A stretch of DNA of 64,000 bases from Paramoeba atlantica (Eukaryota > Protista > Discosea), in the NCBI GenBank assembly GCA_977017575.1, contig CDRNVI010000007.1:62001-126000 (forward strand). The letters run 5' to 3'. The notes below the pieces were generated by a model. The model worked only from the letters and a program-made list of their open reading frames with translations, was not told the DNA's origin and searched no databases. A program made the translations under genes and the position numbers. Shown here in pieces: positions 50,901 to 60,935 of the stretch. Numbering within the stretch: the first letter of the stretch is position 1; each line of letters begins with the position of its first letter.

Positions 50901-51045
50901 TTTGCGTGTTATTCCGAACGAAAACCTTAGGAAAATGTGTGAATTTGGATTTGGGCGCCTTCAATCTTTAAAAAATACACAACTCAGCGCACGTCGTGAA
51001 GCGCAGTATAAACGCATGATGTTTGAGAAACATGGAAATTTGTAA
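47983..51045 (+). CDS. Importin-beta family protein, importin-7/8-like
   Basis: IBN_N (R..CEERL...RQAASVYLKN), LCFTENDEHLW.YEPEEYI, acidic C-terminal stretch. First ATG at 47983. Confidence 0.85.
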   Translation: MIPIEQLVDALNGTFSVDKEMRTACEERLAHLTEKSLEIFGVLLNIISMESFPESTRQAASVYLKNLVFRIQLSSETDEELRASLRGLEETFLQVVISCSNSCCRPLLEVLRTLFEFFTPSGWSKTVPQTLNWLSSPNLSILTRALTILRTVGKTYEYAPGNNAIWETYPQMVLPELQSLFMKLISPKNSAGELNGSELQSRCTPLRVCCKILWSSTCSGIPYEHSDSDHILRWLEILSTSMTDILKLIPHMETPEDAWGILKWETRIIHRWFGFCSRRKLGKKPAKTARQRAEKDFLNAWYSKYAERFALCCFNLCHVDHAADFKKSFALSTEYLSLVVNDAKLMSSLASYWKELILGPLFKALCFTENDEHLWVYEPEEYINRIGDLEHTIYDSREASARLIKNIVMKQIKDGNQSSVIQFLGFLGSHAQNEPPYTSYGAVHALDKLSPVLSKGPCSKAVTNLVKEVVLPGCFSQVSYIRSICFPLACRHLMALGGNEEGTKNFLKTGMQLLDSAEPLPVQVLATVGWRRILRHTELHGMVATFLPLLVETSLRLSRELNNEDALILLEAVVDQFGDQLAAFAEYVTEVLVTHGLRMLEEERRAVQDVENQSSHQENVETASELCGALDRILNALYTLCASVTAHEEVYNALQGKMFPLFDKLLAENMPDYLEETLDLLSVLTMHSKSLLPFMWELLPRLRQILCDGGTDYLPSMLAPLDNYLCSSPQEFCQRGLVNFIVEICEHTLDRTQDYEDEIVLVAPSLLETLLQHGANQKEHIDHVLPLLLNLVLANLRHKKDSSTRLHLKLMHVILNAFWFDSHLCLNTLSSSNMFNEFFDAYGSFLEKYHKRLRNYDRKVSILGLSKVLPHVNPDIRGRCRTIIEIFLALNFESYGKETDKSNSECPPHDTCESDSDGYEKDLIQDSDFDSDDSDIALETNSSDADSVFSDEDYVSVIDDVCEAQTYLSALEGLRVIPNENLRKMCEFGFGRLQSLKNTQLSARREAQYKRMMFEKHGNL

Positions 51046-51213
51046 TTGTTCTCAACATACATAGACGTTTAATACATAGACGTTTAATTTAAGCGTCCCA
51101 GATTGAGCTGGATGTGCTGTGGGACAGTGTGTTAGTAAGAATATTTTTTGGTATTGAAGATCCGAATAGATTTGGTCAGGTATATCCTTATTAATCCTTC
51201 CCTACATAGTAAC

Positions 51214-51696
51214 ATGGTGGTTGAATGCAATGGCATCCAATTTTCGATTCAAAGTCGCTTACTTGGCTCATCACAAATTGGTACTATGAGAAACGATTTT
51301 TCTTCCATATCGAACATTAAACCACGTGCTAGAGAGTTATCGATGCCTAAAACAATATCTCTGGCGAATGCCGCGCTGGGCAGAATTAGGGGCGAAAAGA
51401 TAATTGATGACCCAATAAAGCAGAGGAAACATCGTAGAAGAGTAAAGAATCAAAAAACAAGAAATATGAAACAAAAATTGAAAGAGGTAAAAAGCCGTGA
51501 TGTAGACTCTCGGAAGGGATCAGTCAGCGGGATACAAAAAAGTAAAATACGTACCTTTCGAATGGCTAAGCATAAAGAGCAAGATCCCAATAACATTAAA
51601 AAGAAATCGTCTAGAGGAAATCGTCATGAGAAACCAAGTAAAGCCAAACTAAAAATACGCTCGAAACGCGGGTCTGCAACGCGTCACCGTGGTTGA
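51214..51696 (+). CDS. Hypothetical Lys/Arg-rich protein
   Basis: ORF on the coding strand with a highly basic C-terminal half; ATG 51214. Confidence 0.65.
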   Translation: MVVECNGIQFSIQSRLLGSSQIGTMRNDFSSISNIKPRARELSMPKTISLANAALGRIRGEKIIDDPIKQRKHRRRVKNQKTRNMKQKLKEVKSRDVDSRKGSVSGIQKSKIRTFRMAKHKEQDPNNIKKKSSRGNRHEKPSKAKLKIRSKRGSATRHRG

Positions 51697-51863
51697 AAAC
51701 TCAGATAAAACAAGGTTTAACCTGTTGTAAAAATGAGGCAGAATATTTTACTGCTTTCAGTCCTGTTCCGTCGTAAGTGTATGTCTTTTTTGCTTTAAGG
51801 GATTATGCTATTGTCCTTAACACTATCCAATCATCTTTTGTTTTCCGTTTCTACATTAGCTTC

Positions 51864-53324
51864 ATGGCGCGTGGACTTAGCCGCAGACGTTCGAAGAGTG
51901 TTGTGGCCATGCAAGGCGAAAGAAGTACAAGTCACCACTTACACAAACTCCGGAAAACTTTGACTTCTCCTCTATTACATGAAAACACTGATATGAATGA
52001 TATGAAAGTTTGTATGAGCGGTGATGAAGAACTACAAGAAAATTTTGAAGTTTCTAACCTCTCTGAAGATGAGAGCGAAACTGTCGGAAACGCTGAGGTA
52101 CTCACTAAATATAAGCTGTCTGGCAAGTTTGTAAATGAATGTTTGCTACATGCAGTGCAACTCTGTCAAGGGGAGGATCCTTCAACGCAGAAAATTTGCA
52201 GCACAGTTGATCAATTGCTTCTTGAAAAGTGCAATACTGTTTACACTAAGCGAAGGAGCAATGCGAAAGATCAGTTGTACAAAGGAATTGCATTTCCCAC
52301 TACTCTGAGCATCAACAACATTGCATGTAACTACAGTGTAGGTAACGAGGATCAAAAGCTGCTTCCTGGTGACTTAGTAAAGATTCATTTAAGCTGTCAC
52401 ATCGATGGCTACATTGCTATTGCTGCAACAACTACAGTTGTCGGAAGGGCAGGATATGAACCTAGCTTGTCTTCTACCATAATGAAGCAAACCATAATGA
52501 AAGAAGTGTTTTCTTCAGAAGGCAACTTAAAATCTCATTTGAAACACAAACTCATCTTAGCTACCGACATTGCATGTGCGTCTGCAACGCGCTTGCTACA
52601 TCCAGGAATGACTAACACTGATATTACGCGCTGCATCGAAAGTGTAGCACGTGCCTTCTCCGTGCAATGTGTTCAAGGTGTGCTGTCTCATCGTATGAAA
52701 CGGTACGTCATGGATGGCCAAAAAAGTATTATTCAACGTCGAATGTTAGATTCTGACCCGATTCAGGATGTCGAAACCTTTGATGTTTGCTGTGATCAAA
52801 TCTACAATATTGACATTGCTTTTGCGCTATTTCTTGAGGATAAAATGGTGGATCCTTCTCTGTACGTTGACGGTCTTTGCGCTCTGCACCCCCACGACAC
52901 TCATCGCACTACAATTTATCGCAAAAATGAAATACGTCGTCCCATACGGCTTCGTCAGGCTCGCCGCGCATTGGGAGAAATTCAACATCGCTTCTTGTGT
53001 TTTCCATTTGTAGCGGAACAAATTTTTCAAAATGAAATTGCTAAATCTTATTTCGCAGTGAAGAGTCTTGCGAAAGAGGACGTACTTGACGTTTTTCCTG
53101 TGTTAGAGGCCAAAAGAGAAGTAGTCATTGCGAGAAGTTCATGCACGGCTGCTATTACGGAAAACGCGATACATATTTTGTGCGGTGACCCTCAGTACGA
53201 TTTACACGCCCTCCTTGGGAAATATACTGGAGATGGTGTTCCGCTCAATGTAAGTGAACAAGATACCAAAATGTTGCATGGGTTTCTTTCAAGACCGCTT
53301 CATCATGAACGTAGACAAACTTAA
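51864..53324 (+). CDS. PA2G4/Ebp1/Arx1-like non-catalytic M24-fold protein
   Basis: KYKLSG, KGIAFPT.LSINN..C.YS, GDLVKIHLSCHIDGYIA, GVLSHRMKRYVMDG; metal ligands are degenerate. Confidence 0.85.
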   Translation: MARGLSRRRSKSVVAMQGERSTSHHLHKLRKTLTSPLLHENTDMNDMKVCMSGDEELQENFEVSNLSEDESETVGNAEVLTKYKLSGKFVNECLLHAVQLCQGEDPSTQKICSTVDQLLLEKCNTVYTKRRSNAKDQLYKGIAFPTTLSINNIACNYSVGNEDQKLLPGDLVKIHLSCHIDGYIAIAATTTVVGRAGYEPSLSSTIMKQTIMKEVFSSEGNLKSHLKHKLILATDIACASATRLLHPGMTNTDITRCIESVARAFSVQCVQGVLSHRMKRYVMDGQKSIIQRRMLDSDPIQDVETFDVCCDQIYNIDIAFALFLEDKMVDPSLYVDGLCALHPHDTHRTTIYRKNEIRRPIRLRQARRALGEIQHRFLCFPFVAEQIFQNEIAKSYFAVKSLAKEDVLDVFPVLEAKREVVIARSSCTAAITENAIHILCGDPQYDLHALLGKYTGDGVPLNVSEQDTKMLHGFLSRPLHHERRQT

Positions 53325-53685
53325 AGAGCGGTTACTGCTTGACCGTATTATCACTATTTTTACAATTTACTGAGCCCTACTCCAAAATGTCACCATTTTA
53401 GTGTGGAATGAAGTGTTGCGGAGTGAATTATCGTGGTCTTCGTGCAAGGAGAACCTGCTACGATCGGCATGGGCGTAATTTTGTACGTAAGCAAATGATT
53501 TTGTAACGTTGGTTGACTTTAAAGAGAACTAAATATTTTATGTAATACTAACTAAAGACTTCTACGAATCACCTGTTTTTTTTTTCTGTGTAGAAAAATA
53601 TAATTAACGTTTCACTTATTTTTTATTGCAACCGGGTAGTTTCATCAGTAATATCAGTCTGACTTTTATCTGTCTGTTACAAACA

Positions 53686-54978
53686 ATGAGCATCACGGCG
53701 TTCTTTATTCTTTCTTCCAGAAGAGAGATATTGCTTTCGAGGGTATTTGACGCGAGGTGTGGTCTCCAGCAGGCCTTGGAAGCCTTTCAATCTGAAATCG
53801 CCCTCCAAAAACAAGACAAATTGGCGATTGTCGGAGTAGGGGAACATGCCGTAATAAGTGTTGTATACAACAACATTTACCTTGTTGCGTTCACTTCCTA
53901 CACGACATCCACTGTTGGTGTGCTACATTTTCTACATAAATTTAAAGCAACATGTGAAACTATTCTCGGAAACTTTTGTGAAGAGTTGCTTAGAGAGAAT
54001 GTGGTTCTCATTCAGTCAATAATTAGTGAAGCAGTTCCCTTGGGTCATATTCAATTTACCGAGGCTAGCGCTCTCAAAGATATTGCCTCGCATGTCGGTA
54101 CGGAGCATACACTCACGAGGAGCGCTGAACAGGAGATCACGACCCGAGTGAGCGGTGTAGTTCCATGGAGAAGATCCGGTGTAACGCATAAAAAGAATGA
54201 AGTGTACATTGACGTGGTAGAAAGATTTAATTTTCACGTGACAAACTCAGGAGAAATTCTTCAGTGTGATGTTGTGGGCAATGTTTCGCTCAAGACTTCT
54301 CTCAGCGGGATGCCCGAGTGTGTTCTGGGCATTAATGACATCGGACCACAAAATATCCCATCACGAGCCAATAAGCGCTCTCACGTGTTTCTGTCTGCGG
54401 CATTCTTCCACTCTTGCGTCTCACTGGCCCAGTACCACTCTGATCGAACCATTTGTTTTACCCCTCCCGAGGGGGAAACAACCTTAATGCAGTACCGTGT
54501 CTGCCAAAACCTTACCCTACCCTTTCTCATCGTGTCCTCTCTGCGAAAGGAACTGAGCACGACGCGACAGGAGGTGGAGTTTAACCTCCGTGCGGCGTTT
54601 GACCGGTCTCTGTATGCCTCCCATGTGACGGTCCACGTACCGTGCCCTACCAACACATCAAGTGTCACCGTACATGTCAGCAGCGGTAAGGCAAAGTACG
54701 ATCCCTCGAAATGTGGTATCCGGTGGCAACTCTCCAAAGTACGAGGTGGGTCGGAGGCGCGTTTCGCGGCAGAGATCACACAGCTGCTGAAAACCTCTGA
54801 TCACCACGGTACGGAGTCCAGCCATCTTCCGATATCGATTGAATTTGAGATCCCACTGCTTTCGCCGAGTGGTTTCCAAGTTCGATTTTTGAAAGTTCAC
54901 GAGCCGCAGATGAAATATGACGCCACAAAAATGGTGCGGTATATCGCACGAGCTGGTCAGTGTGAATATGGACTCTAG
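53686..54978 (+). CDS. AP2M1: Adaptor complex medium (mu) subunit, most like AP-2 mu
   Basis: WRRSGV.HKKNEVYIDVVE, LSGMPEC.LGIND, FHSCV.L, F.PPEGE..LMQYR..QNLTLPF, SGFQVRFLKV.E. The AP-2 assignment is less certain than the mu-family assignment. Confidence 0.8.
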   Translation: MSITAFFILSSRREILLSRVFDARCGLQQALEAFQSEIALQKQDKLAIVGVGEHAVISVVYNNIYLVAFTSYTTSTVGVLHFLHKFKATCETILGNFCEELLRENVVLIQSIISEAVPLGHIQFTEASALKDIASHVGTEHTLTRSAEQEITTRVSGVVPWRRSGVTHKKNEVYIDVVERFNFHVTNSGEILQCDVVGNVSLKTSLSGMPECVLGINDIGPQNIPSRANKRSHVFLSAAFFHSCVSLAQYHSDRTICFTPPEGETTLMQYRVCQNLTLPFLIVSSLRKELSTTRQEVEFNLRAAFDRSLYASHVTVHVPCPTNTSSVTVHVSSGKAKYDPSKCGIRWQLSKVRGGSEARFAAEITQLLKTSDHHGTESSHLPISIEFEIPLLSPSGFQVRFLKVHEPQMKYDATKMVRYIARAGQCEYGL

Positions 54979-55125
54979 AACACACCCGATTTTACTATTC
55001 GTCGCTATATGCATACTCATCTAATGTCGCAATGTTCATACTCATGTAAAATACAGATTCAAGAATCTATTTGCTTTTGCTACTGATTTTAGTTCAGTTA
55101 GACTAGTAATTCGTGAGGGCATATA

Positions 55126-55911
55126 CAGTGGTTTCAGTTGATCTTGCTCCCCCCTCGGAATTTTGATTTTTTTTATCCATTTTTGCTCATCTTTGCAGCA
55201 TTGGAGAGATCTCGTTCCCCTAGCGAAGAGCTTTGCCGCCTTTTTTTCATAGAGACCGCCTGGTGCCCCCTGGGTCCGCAAAACACTGTTTTTTTGGACG
55301 TTTTCTGTGTACACAACCATTTTTTGTCACATTTTCTCGATTTTTTGTACATTTTGAACACGTAAGTACGAGTAATAGTGTTCTAAATTGGTAATTTGAA
55401 AGCTCTATGTCTATTACCATCCCTATCGCCTAATTTAATATAGTCAACACCTCTACATTATGCAGACCAGACCCTCTAACCCCAAACAGGGGGAGTCCGT
55501 ACAAGGATGGAATGACAAAAGAGAAGACAATCCCCCAATAGCTTTTCAGATTCTAAAACGTCCTCAAGAAAAACGTAAAGTGTGCAACACAATTGATTCA
55601 GTCCCTAATAGACTTCAAAAAATGTTGCAAAACAATGGAGGCCATTCCGGATACTAGTTTTTTTCCTTCAGAGTTAACTTTTGGACATAAAATCCGTTTT
55701 TTGTTCCATTTTTGATACGGTAAAAAAATGCCATTATTTTTTATTTTGGTCAACTTTCGGGTCACCCAGGGGGCACCAGGGGGTCTCTATGAAAAAAGGC
55801 GGCAATGCTCTTCGCTAGGGGAACGAGATCTCTCCAATGCTGCAAAGATGATCAAAAATGGATAAAAAAATCAAAATTCCGAGGGGGGGGCAAGATCAAC
55901 TGAAACCACTG
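55126..55911 (+). mobile_element. Internally deleted Tc1 element, about 150-bp TIRs, TA TSD
   Basis: TA|cagtggtttcagttgatcttgc ... gcaagatcaactgaaaccactg|TA. The internal remnant NTIDSVPNRLQKMLQNNGGHSGY* is a Tc1 transposase C-terminus. Confidence 0.92.
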
Positions 55912-55952
55912 TATTACATAAATCAGTTTCATTTGTACCAAAAACAAAACAC

Positions 55953-56954
55953 ATGCGATGCGCCCCGAAACTTATTGGAGAGCTTAGGAAGGGTGATTGT
56001 GGACGGATCGCAGTAGTAGGAGGTAGTGAAGATTATTCTGGTGCACCCTATTTCGCTTCGATGGCCGCTCTAAAATTGGGATGCGATATTGCTCGTATAT
56101 TTACGGAATCTGCTACCTCCGCTCTTCCCATAAAATGTTACTCTCCTGACCTTATAGTATCGTTTCCATACGAAAAAATATTATCAAATAAATTCAGTCA
56201 TCACTGCGTTATTATTGGTCCTGGACTTGGAAACCGAACAGAAAACGAAAAGAAAATACTAACGGAAATCATTGCCAAATGTGTTGAACTTAAGCAACCA
56301 TTGATATTGGACGCTGAGGCACTGGAACTTGTTCCACGAGTCTTGAACCACCTTCAGGGCTATCGCATAGCCGTTCTGACACCGAATGAGCGAGAATTTC
56401 ATAAACTCTGTGCCCAGTTTCATATCCAAAGTAAGGGTGCAGATGCGCAATCTCTGCAAAAACATGCTGAGCAGCTTGCCTCTTTTTTGGGCGGCCCTGT
56501 TGTGCTTGTAAAAGGTCGCGAAGACATCATCGTGAAGCCGCCGTGCAAGGGAACGTCAGGTTGCCTGGAGGAAACGAATGCAAGTCCAGCTCGAACGTTT
56601 CGGCCGGTATGTCCGCGCCGGGTTGGCGGGCAAGGCGATCTACTCTGTGGGGTCATCGGTGGACTCTTGACTTGGTGCAACATCCGTGATTTTCGAATGC
56701 CACAGAGTTTGTCACAAGCTTTGTCCCCGAAAGAGGATGTCTCTATTGACAAAAAGAACTTTCAAGTAAACTCGTCTTATGAGAATTCGGAAGATATACA
56801 CGAAGACATATCGGGTTGCGTAGCCCACGCCGTACACGTGGGATGCCACATTGTTCGATGTGCAGGAGCACAAGCTTACGAAAAATGTGGTAGAGGAATG
56901 CTTTCTTCGAATATATTGGAAAACATTTCGTTCTCGAACGCCCAATCCTACTAA
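55953..56954 (+). CDS. NAXD: ATP-dependent (S)-NAD(P)H-hydrate dehydratase (YjeF-C)
   Basis: KGDCGRIAVVGGSEDYSGAPYFASMAALKLGCD, IGPGLG, ILDAE, VLTPNEREF, LVKGRED, RRVGGQGDLLCG. Confidence 0.93.
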   Translation: MRCAPKLIGELRKGDCGRIAVVGGSEDYSGAPYFASMAALKLGCDIARIFTESATSALPIKCYSPDLIVSFPYEKILSNKFSHHCVIIGPGLGNRTENEKKILTEIIAKCVELKQPLILDAEALELVPRVLNHLQGYRIAVLTPNEREFHKLCAQFHIQSKGADAQSLQKHAEQLASFLGGPVVLVKGREDIIVKPPCKGTSGCLEETNASPARTFRPVCPRRVGGQGDLLCGVIGGLLTWCNIRDFRMPQSLSQALSPKEDVSIDKKNFQVNSSYENSEDIHEDISGCVAHAVHVGCHIVRCAGAQAYEKCGRGMLSSNILENISFSNAQSY

Positions 56955-57418
56955 CACGTACTGTACACATTCACAATTTATGGTAAACAAACAACCTCAC
57001 TTTCCAAGCGATTTTTGTACTGTGCAAGCATAGATCTTTCCCTTTTGTTGAGGTGCTGTATGGACAGAAATATTTTATGTAGATGTTCGTAGAGCGAGCG
57101 AATGCGCAACTCATGGCACACCTACGTGTATCGTATGGGTAATCTCAGTGCGTGAATGCGCCCACATTCTTTTTTGTTTTGTATCAAGATCCGAAAATAT
57201 ATCTATCCGAAAATATATCTATCCGAAAATATATCTAGTACGCTACGAAAATTAAGGAAAGTTTTCAACAAGAATTTTCAACACAAAAATGGTTGCCTCA
57301 GCCATTTTATCATGGCAATCGGGGTAGCCATTCAGAAGGGGAACTCCCAGATAGCGCATGTCGGTACAAAATTGGTACCCGAGGGGCGTGCGCTAATGGG
57401 TTCAGGGGATTATAAAAA

Positions 57419-58256
57419 AACGGGGTGGGGGCAGAGGTCCATATCGTTGGACTGGTGCGTCGTTTCCTCCTGCCCCCGCGTCAGTCGCCCTCTCTCCGTG
57501 CTCTTCCCCCTCGGCGTGACGGCGTCTTTGCGTTTGACCTCCACGCCTCCCACCCTCGTACGGCAACCAAAAGTATTTATTACTGCTAACGGGGTGGGAG
57601 AGGAGGTGCTGGACCATACGGGCCTGGGTGCGTGCGGATCGGTGAGTGGGGTAGGGAGTGAGGGAAGGGAAGCACGAGAGGGCTAAGGGGAGTAGGTGTG
57701 GAAAGTATGGGGAGTAAGGGAATGTGAAGGGCTGTTAGTGTGGAAATTGTGGAAAAGTTGGACTCAATACATAAAAAGTTAGACTCAATACTATTTCCCC
57801 CCAATTATTTGCAAAACAAAAACGATAAAGATACAGTTTGACGATAAAGATACAGTTTCTGTACCTTGTTCAATTATTTCCCCTTTTCTTCCCTACAAGA
57901 TCTTCTCCACCATGGGAGGGCACCCCCCTCAAACACTCTCTGTCTGGTCGACATCCCCCCATCATCCCCCGTCCCATCATCCCTCTGCACCGCATCCCCC
58001 CACCCCACCCTTCCTCCACAGTGCGCTTGTCCCTCTGTGTTTCTCTCTTGCGTCCCCCACCCGCGTGCCAGCAGCCCAAAGTATTATATACTTGCTAACG
58101 GGGTGGGGGCAGAGGTCCTGGCAGATGGGCTCGTGCGTCGCCTCCTCTTGCCCTCGCGTCTGTCGCCCCGTTTCTCTCTCCGCGCTCCTCCCCCTCGGCG
58201 TGACGGCGTCATTGCGTTTTGCGACCTTCAAGTCTCCCACCCTCGTACAGCAACCT
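57419..58256. repeat. Two clusters of a diverged 170-180-bp GC-rich repeat
   Basis: aacggggtggg recurs at 57419, 57588 and about 58097; 57419-57570 aligns with 58097-58256. aaaaagttagactcaatactatt(t)cccc occurs at about 57775 and 58286. Confidence 0.85.
57821..57870 (+). other. Tandem spliced-leader relic (partial plus near-full copy)
   Basis: aacgataaagatacagttt-g-acgataaagatacagtttctgtaccttgtt contains the invariant SL core CAGTTTCTGTAC. There is no GT donor after it. Flanked by caattattt at 57802-57810 and 57871-57879. Confidence 0.75.
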
Positions 58257-58356
58257 AATGTGTTGGAAAGTTGGAAATGTAGATAAAAAAGTTAGACTCA
58301 ATACTATTCCCCCCTATATAAAAAATTCATAAGCTTTTCAGATACAAAGAGACATA

Positions 58357-58376
58357 CAGGGGGGGGCACGAAAATA
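58357..58376 (+). mobile_element. Solo Tc1-type left terminus
   Basis: TA|cag(g)n-cacgaaaa resembles the 29142 TIR (caggggggccacgaaaa); no partner end was found. Confidence 0.45.
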
Positions 58377-59027
58377 TGGGCAAGGGCACGAAAATACACA
58401 TGTATGCACGTAAAAAACCAATTGTTTACGTGTTGTTTTGGCAGAATTGCGACACTTTACATCGGGCTCGACCGGGCCACAGATTCTTGGAGCTCATCTG
58501 CTCTTGCTATTTGTTTGCTTCCCTTTTTCTCTTTCTATTTTTGTTGTTTCGAAGTCCGGTCTTTCTCGGGAACGGGGTAGCGGAAGGTTCCCGTGGTTAA
58601 GTGGGGAGATAGATCAACGGAGTTGGTCGGCAGATTTGCCGTACTCTTGTGAGGAGGGTGATCGGAGGGGAGAGGAACTTTGATAAATTCGCGAGAGGGT
58701 TGAAGGGGGTTGAGGAGCGTAGTTGTGTATCACGCCTGCCCGGAGTCTGCTGCTTCCTCGGAGTACCATCGAATATAAAGTAGTTCCAAGTAGCTTGGAA
58801 ATGTTAAAAACGCAACTAAATGCAATGAACCGACAAAAAAATCTAAAACAAAAAATATCTGGCAGGGCTTCGCACCGCAGGTAGCCCGAGGCCCCGTCAA
58901 AAAGGACTCTTGAGTACGTGGGGTACAGTATACAGTGTATGAAAGTATGATGAAGGCCCAACTATAAATCTTTATTTAGATATACATTTAGATTCACTAT
59001 ACTTGTATAATTGGGTTATTTGTGCCT

Positions 59028-59888
59028 ATGCGACCAATATGTATAGTGTGTTGGAGCGAATGTGATTCTAATGCTCTGTACACCAGTTGCCAGCACTTCA
59101 TCTGCGTTCGTTGCGCCATGAAAGTCCCCCAACACCAATGTCCTAGATGTAAAAAAACCTGTCAAGTAGTTCGTCTCGGCGCTCCGAATTTTCCATCTGA
59201 TGTTAAAAATTACATCATGGGAGATCCCATGAAGCTCTTACAACAAGCAGTACGCGTTCTAGAATTTCAGCAACGACAGGACAGGGAGTGTTGTGGTCGG
59301 GTAAAAGAGCTCTTGAGCTACCTAAACACCGCTTTACAGAAGACGGTAGCGCACCATGATGTGACAAAAAAGGAACTTGCCTCCTGTGAAGCCGAGAAAA
59401 ATAATATTTCTTACATGCTCGAAGAGCAAAAGAAAAAGGTGCACCTTCTCCAGGAGCGTATTGAGGCTCACACTTCTGCCCAGAACACAAAGTATTTTCC
59501 TCCCAAAGGAATTATAGCACGCAATTCAGCGAACATTTCAACACCCCATAAAGCCACCATGGCTTATGTAGCCAATTCTACTATAAACCCGAACGCCCCA
59601 CTTTTTCCCGGAGTACGTCATGAGATGAGTAACTTAGGACCTCCCAACTCATCTCTCTACGATACGAGCAGAAATCCTTCACCTAATCCTGCACCATCTA
59701 ACTTAACGCGTGCAGGGGGGATGGCATGGCGAACACCCTTGCAGGATAACCTTTCCCATTCTCGTCCATCACCTTCGATTTCCGCCGTGCGAACCTTACC
59801 AAGTCTCCTACCAAACAATCTGCAGCATGTGCCAATGCATAATGGTCCCCCGCCTTCAAGACCCACGAATCAATTATTCGCGTCATAA
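59028..59888 (+). CDS. RNF212/Zip3/ZHP-3-like RING protein
   Basis: C3HC4 RING (CIVC...TSCQHFICVRC...CPRCKK.C), then VLEFQQRQ coiled coil and an S/P/N-rich tail: the Zip3/RNF212 architecture. Confidence 0.7.
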   Translation: MRPICIVCWSECDSNALYTSCQHFICVRCAMKVPQHQCPRCKKTCQVVRLGAPNFPSDVKNYIMGDPMKLLQQAVRVLEFQQRQDRECCGRVKELLSYLNTALQKTVAHHDVTKKELASCEAEKNNISYMLEEQKKKVHLLQERIEAHTSAQNTKYFPPKGIIARNSANISTPHKATMAYVANSTINPNAPLFPGVRHEMSNLGPPNSSLYDTSRNPSPNPAPSNLTRAGGMAWRTPLQDNLSHSRPSPSISAVRTLPSLLPNNLQHVPMHNGPPPSRPTNQLFAS

Positions 59889-60935
59889 TAGTTTCATTGA
59901 TTTCATCACCATTATAATCGCTTAGCCCTATCATTTTTCTCATTGTTACCTTGGTCACATTCAACAAGATGTTTTATTTGTTTCATGAAAGACATATTTA
60001 TTGCCTTCAAAGAACGAGCCTCATATATTTTTGCCTAAATAGGGGAACGATAATATTTAACTGTAAGAGTCGTTTTCCGAAATTTTATTGCTAGACTTGC
60101 CGGCGCTGAGCATTAGGAGCTCTTCCTTCTTGAAGGTTATAGCACACGATAAGACAAAGAATGTAAAACACACTGCTTTTAGAATACAACAAGGAAAGTT
60201 TGAACTTGCCTGATTTCTACATTATTTTGACGTGTTTTTATGCATTTTTCTCGCTGTGTTCAAAAATGATTTTTGTAACGGAACATACTCACCCCTCCAT
60301 AAGTAATTATAAATACGCCTTGAACTCGCACTTTTACTCCCTTATGACTTATAATTCCTATGTCTTTCATAAGTAATTATAAATGCAACTTCGACCGATT
60401 CGATCGGTATTTTTTTTGTTTTAGGAAAAAAATCCTGTCACTACTTTCCTGTCACTACTTAATGGACCTCATGCGTACTGCCACTGCAAGCCAGTGACAA
60501 CTTGTGCAAGCCACAACGGCTATTTTTCTAGTGGACTTTACTTCGGTTGTTGTTAGACCATCAAAAAGGTGGGTTGAGAAAAAAGTTCTCTGGTTTCGCT
60601 CCATTTTCGAAATGAGTGAAAGTGACCGAGAGCACGCTCTGGATGAAACTCTTAAGTTCAGTGAACTCGTTTTTGAGCACGAATGCGTTCTACGTCAAAC
60701 AATTATAGGCGCTCTAGAAACTCACTTTGGCAAAGTGATCGACAATATACGTTCCGAAGAATAACTAGAACACACATGCCTCATGAGCTTGATAACCTTA
60801 CTGACGTAGGATTAGAACGATTATCTATTTGAAGCGCTTATTCGTGAAATTGTGATGGCAAGTATCTAAGATAACAACTTTTACTCCCCTCCAGGTTCAC
60901 CGGTTTCACATCCATAAGTAATTATAATTATAATT

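Noticed and set aside
57821-57870. A functional SL RNA gene
   Set aside because: No GT splice donor or SL intron follows the exon, and there is no tandem gene array.
60460-60764. ORF and CxC/GRF-like cysteine pattern inside the Stowaway-like element
   Set aside because: The frames are broken and the motif spacing is unconvincing; no product can be assigned.
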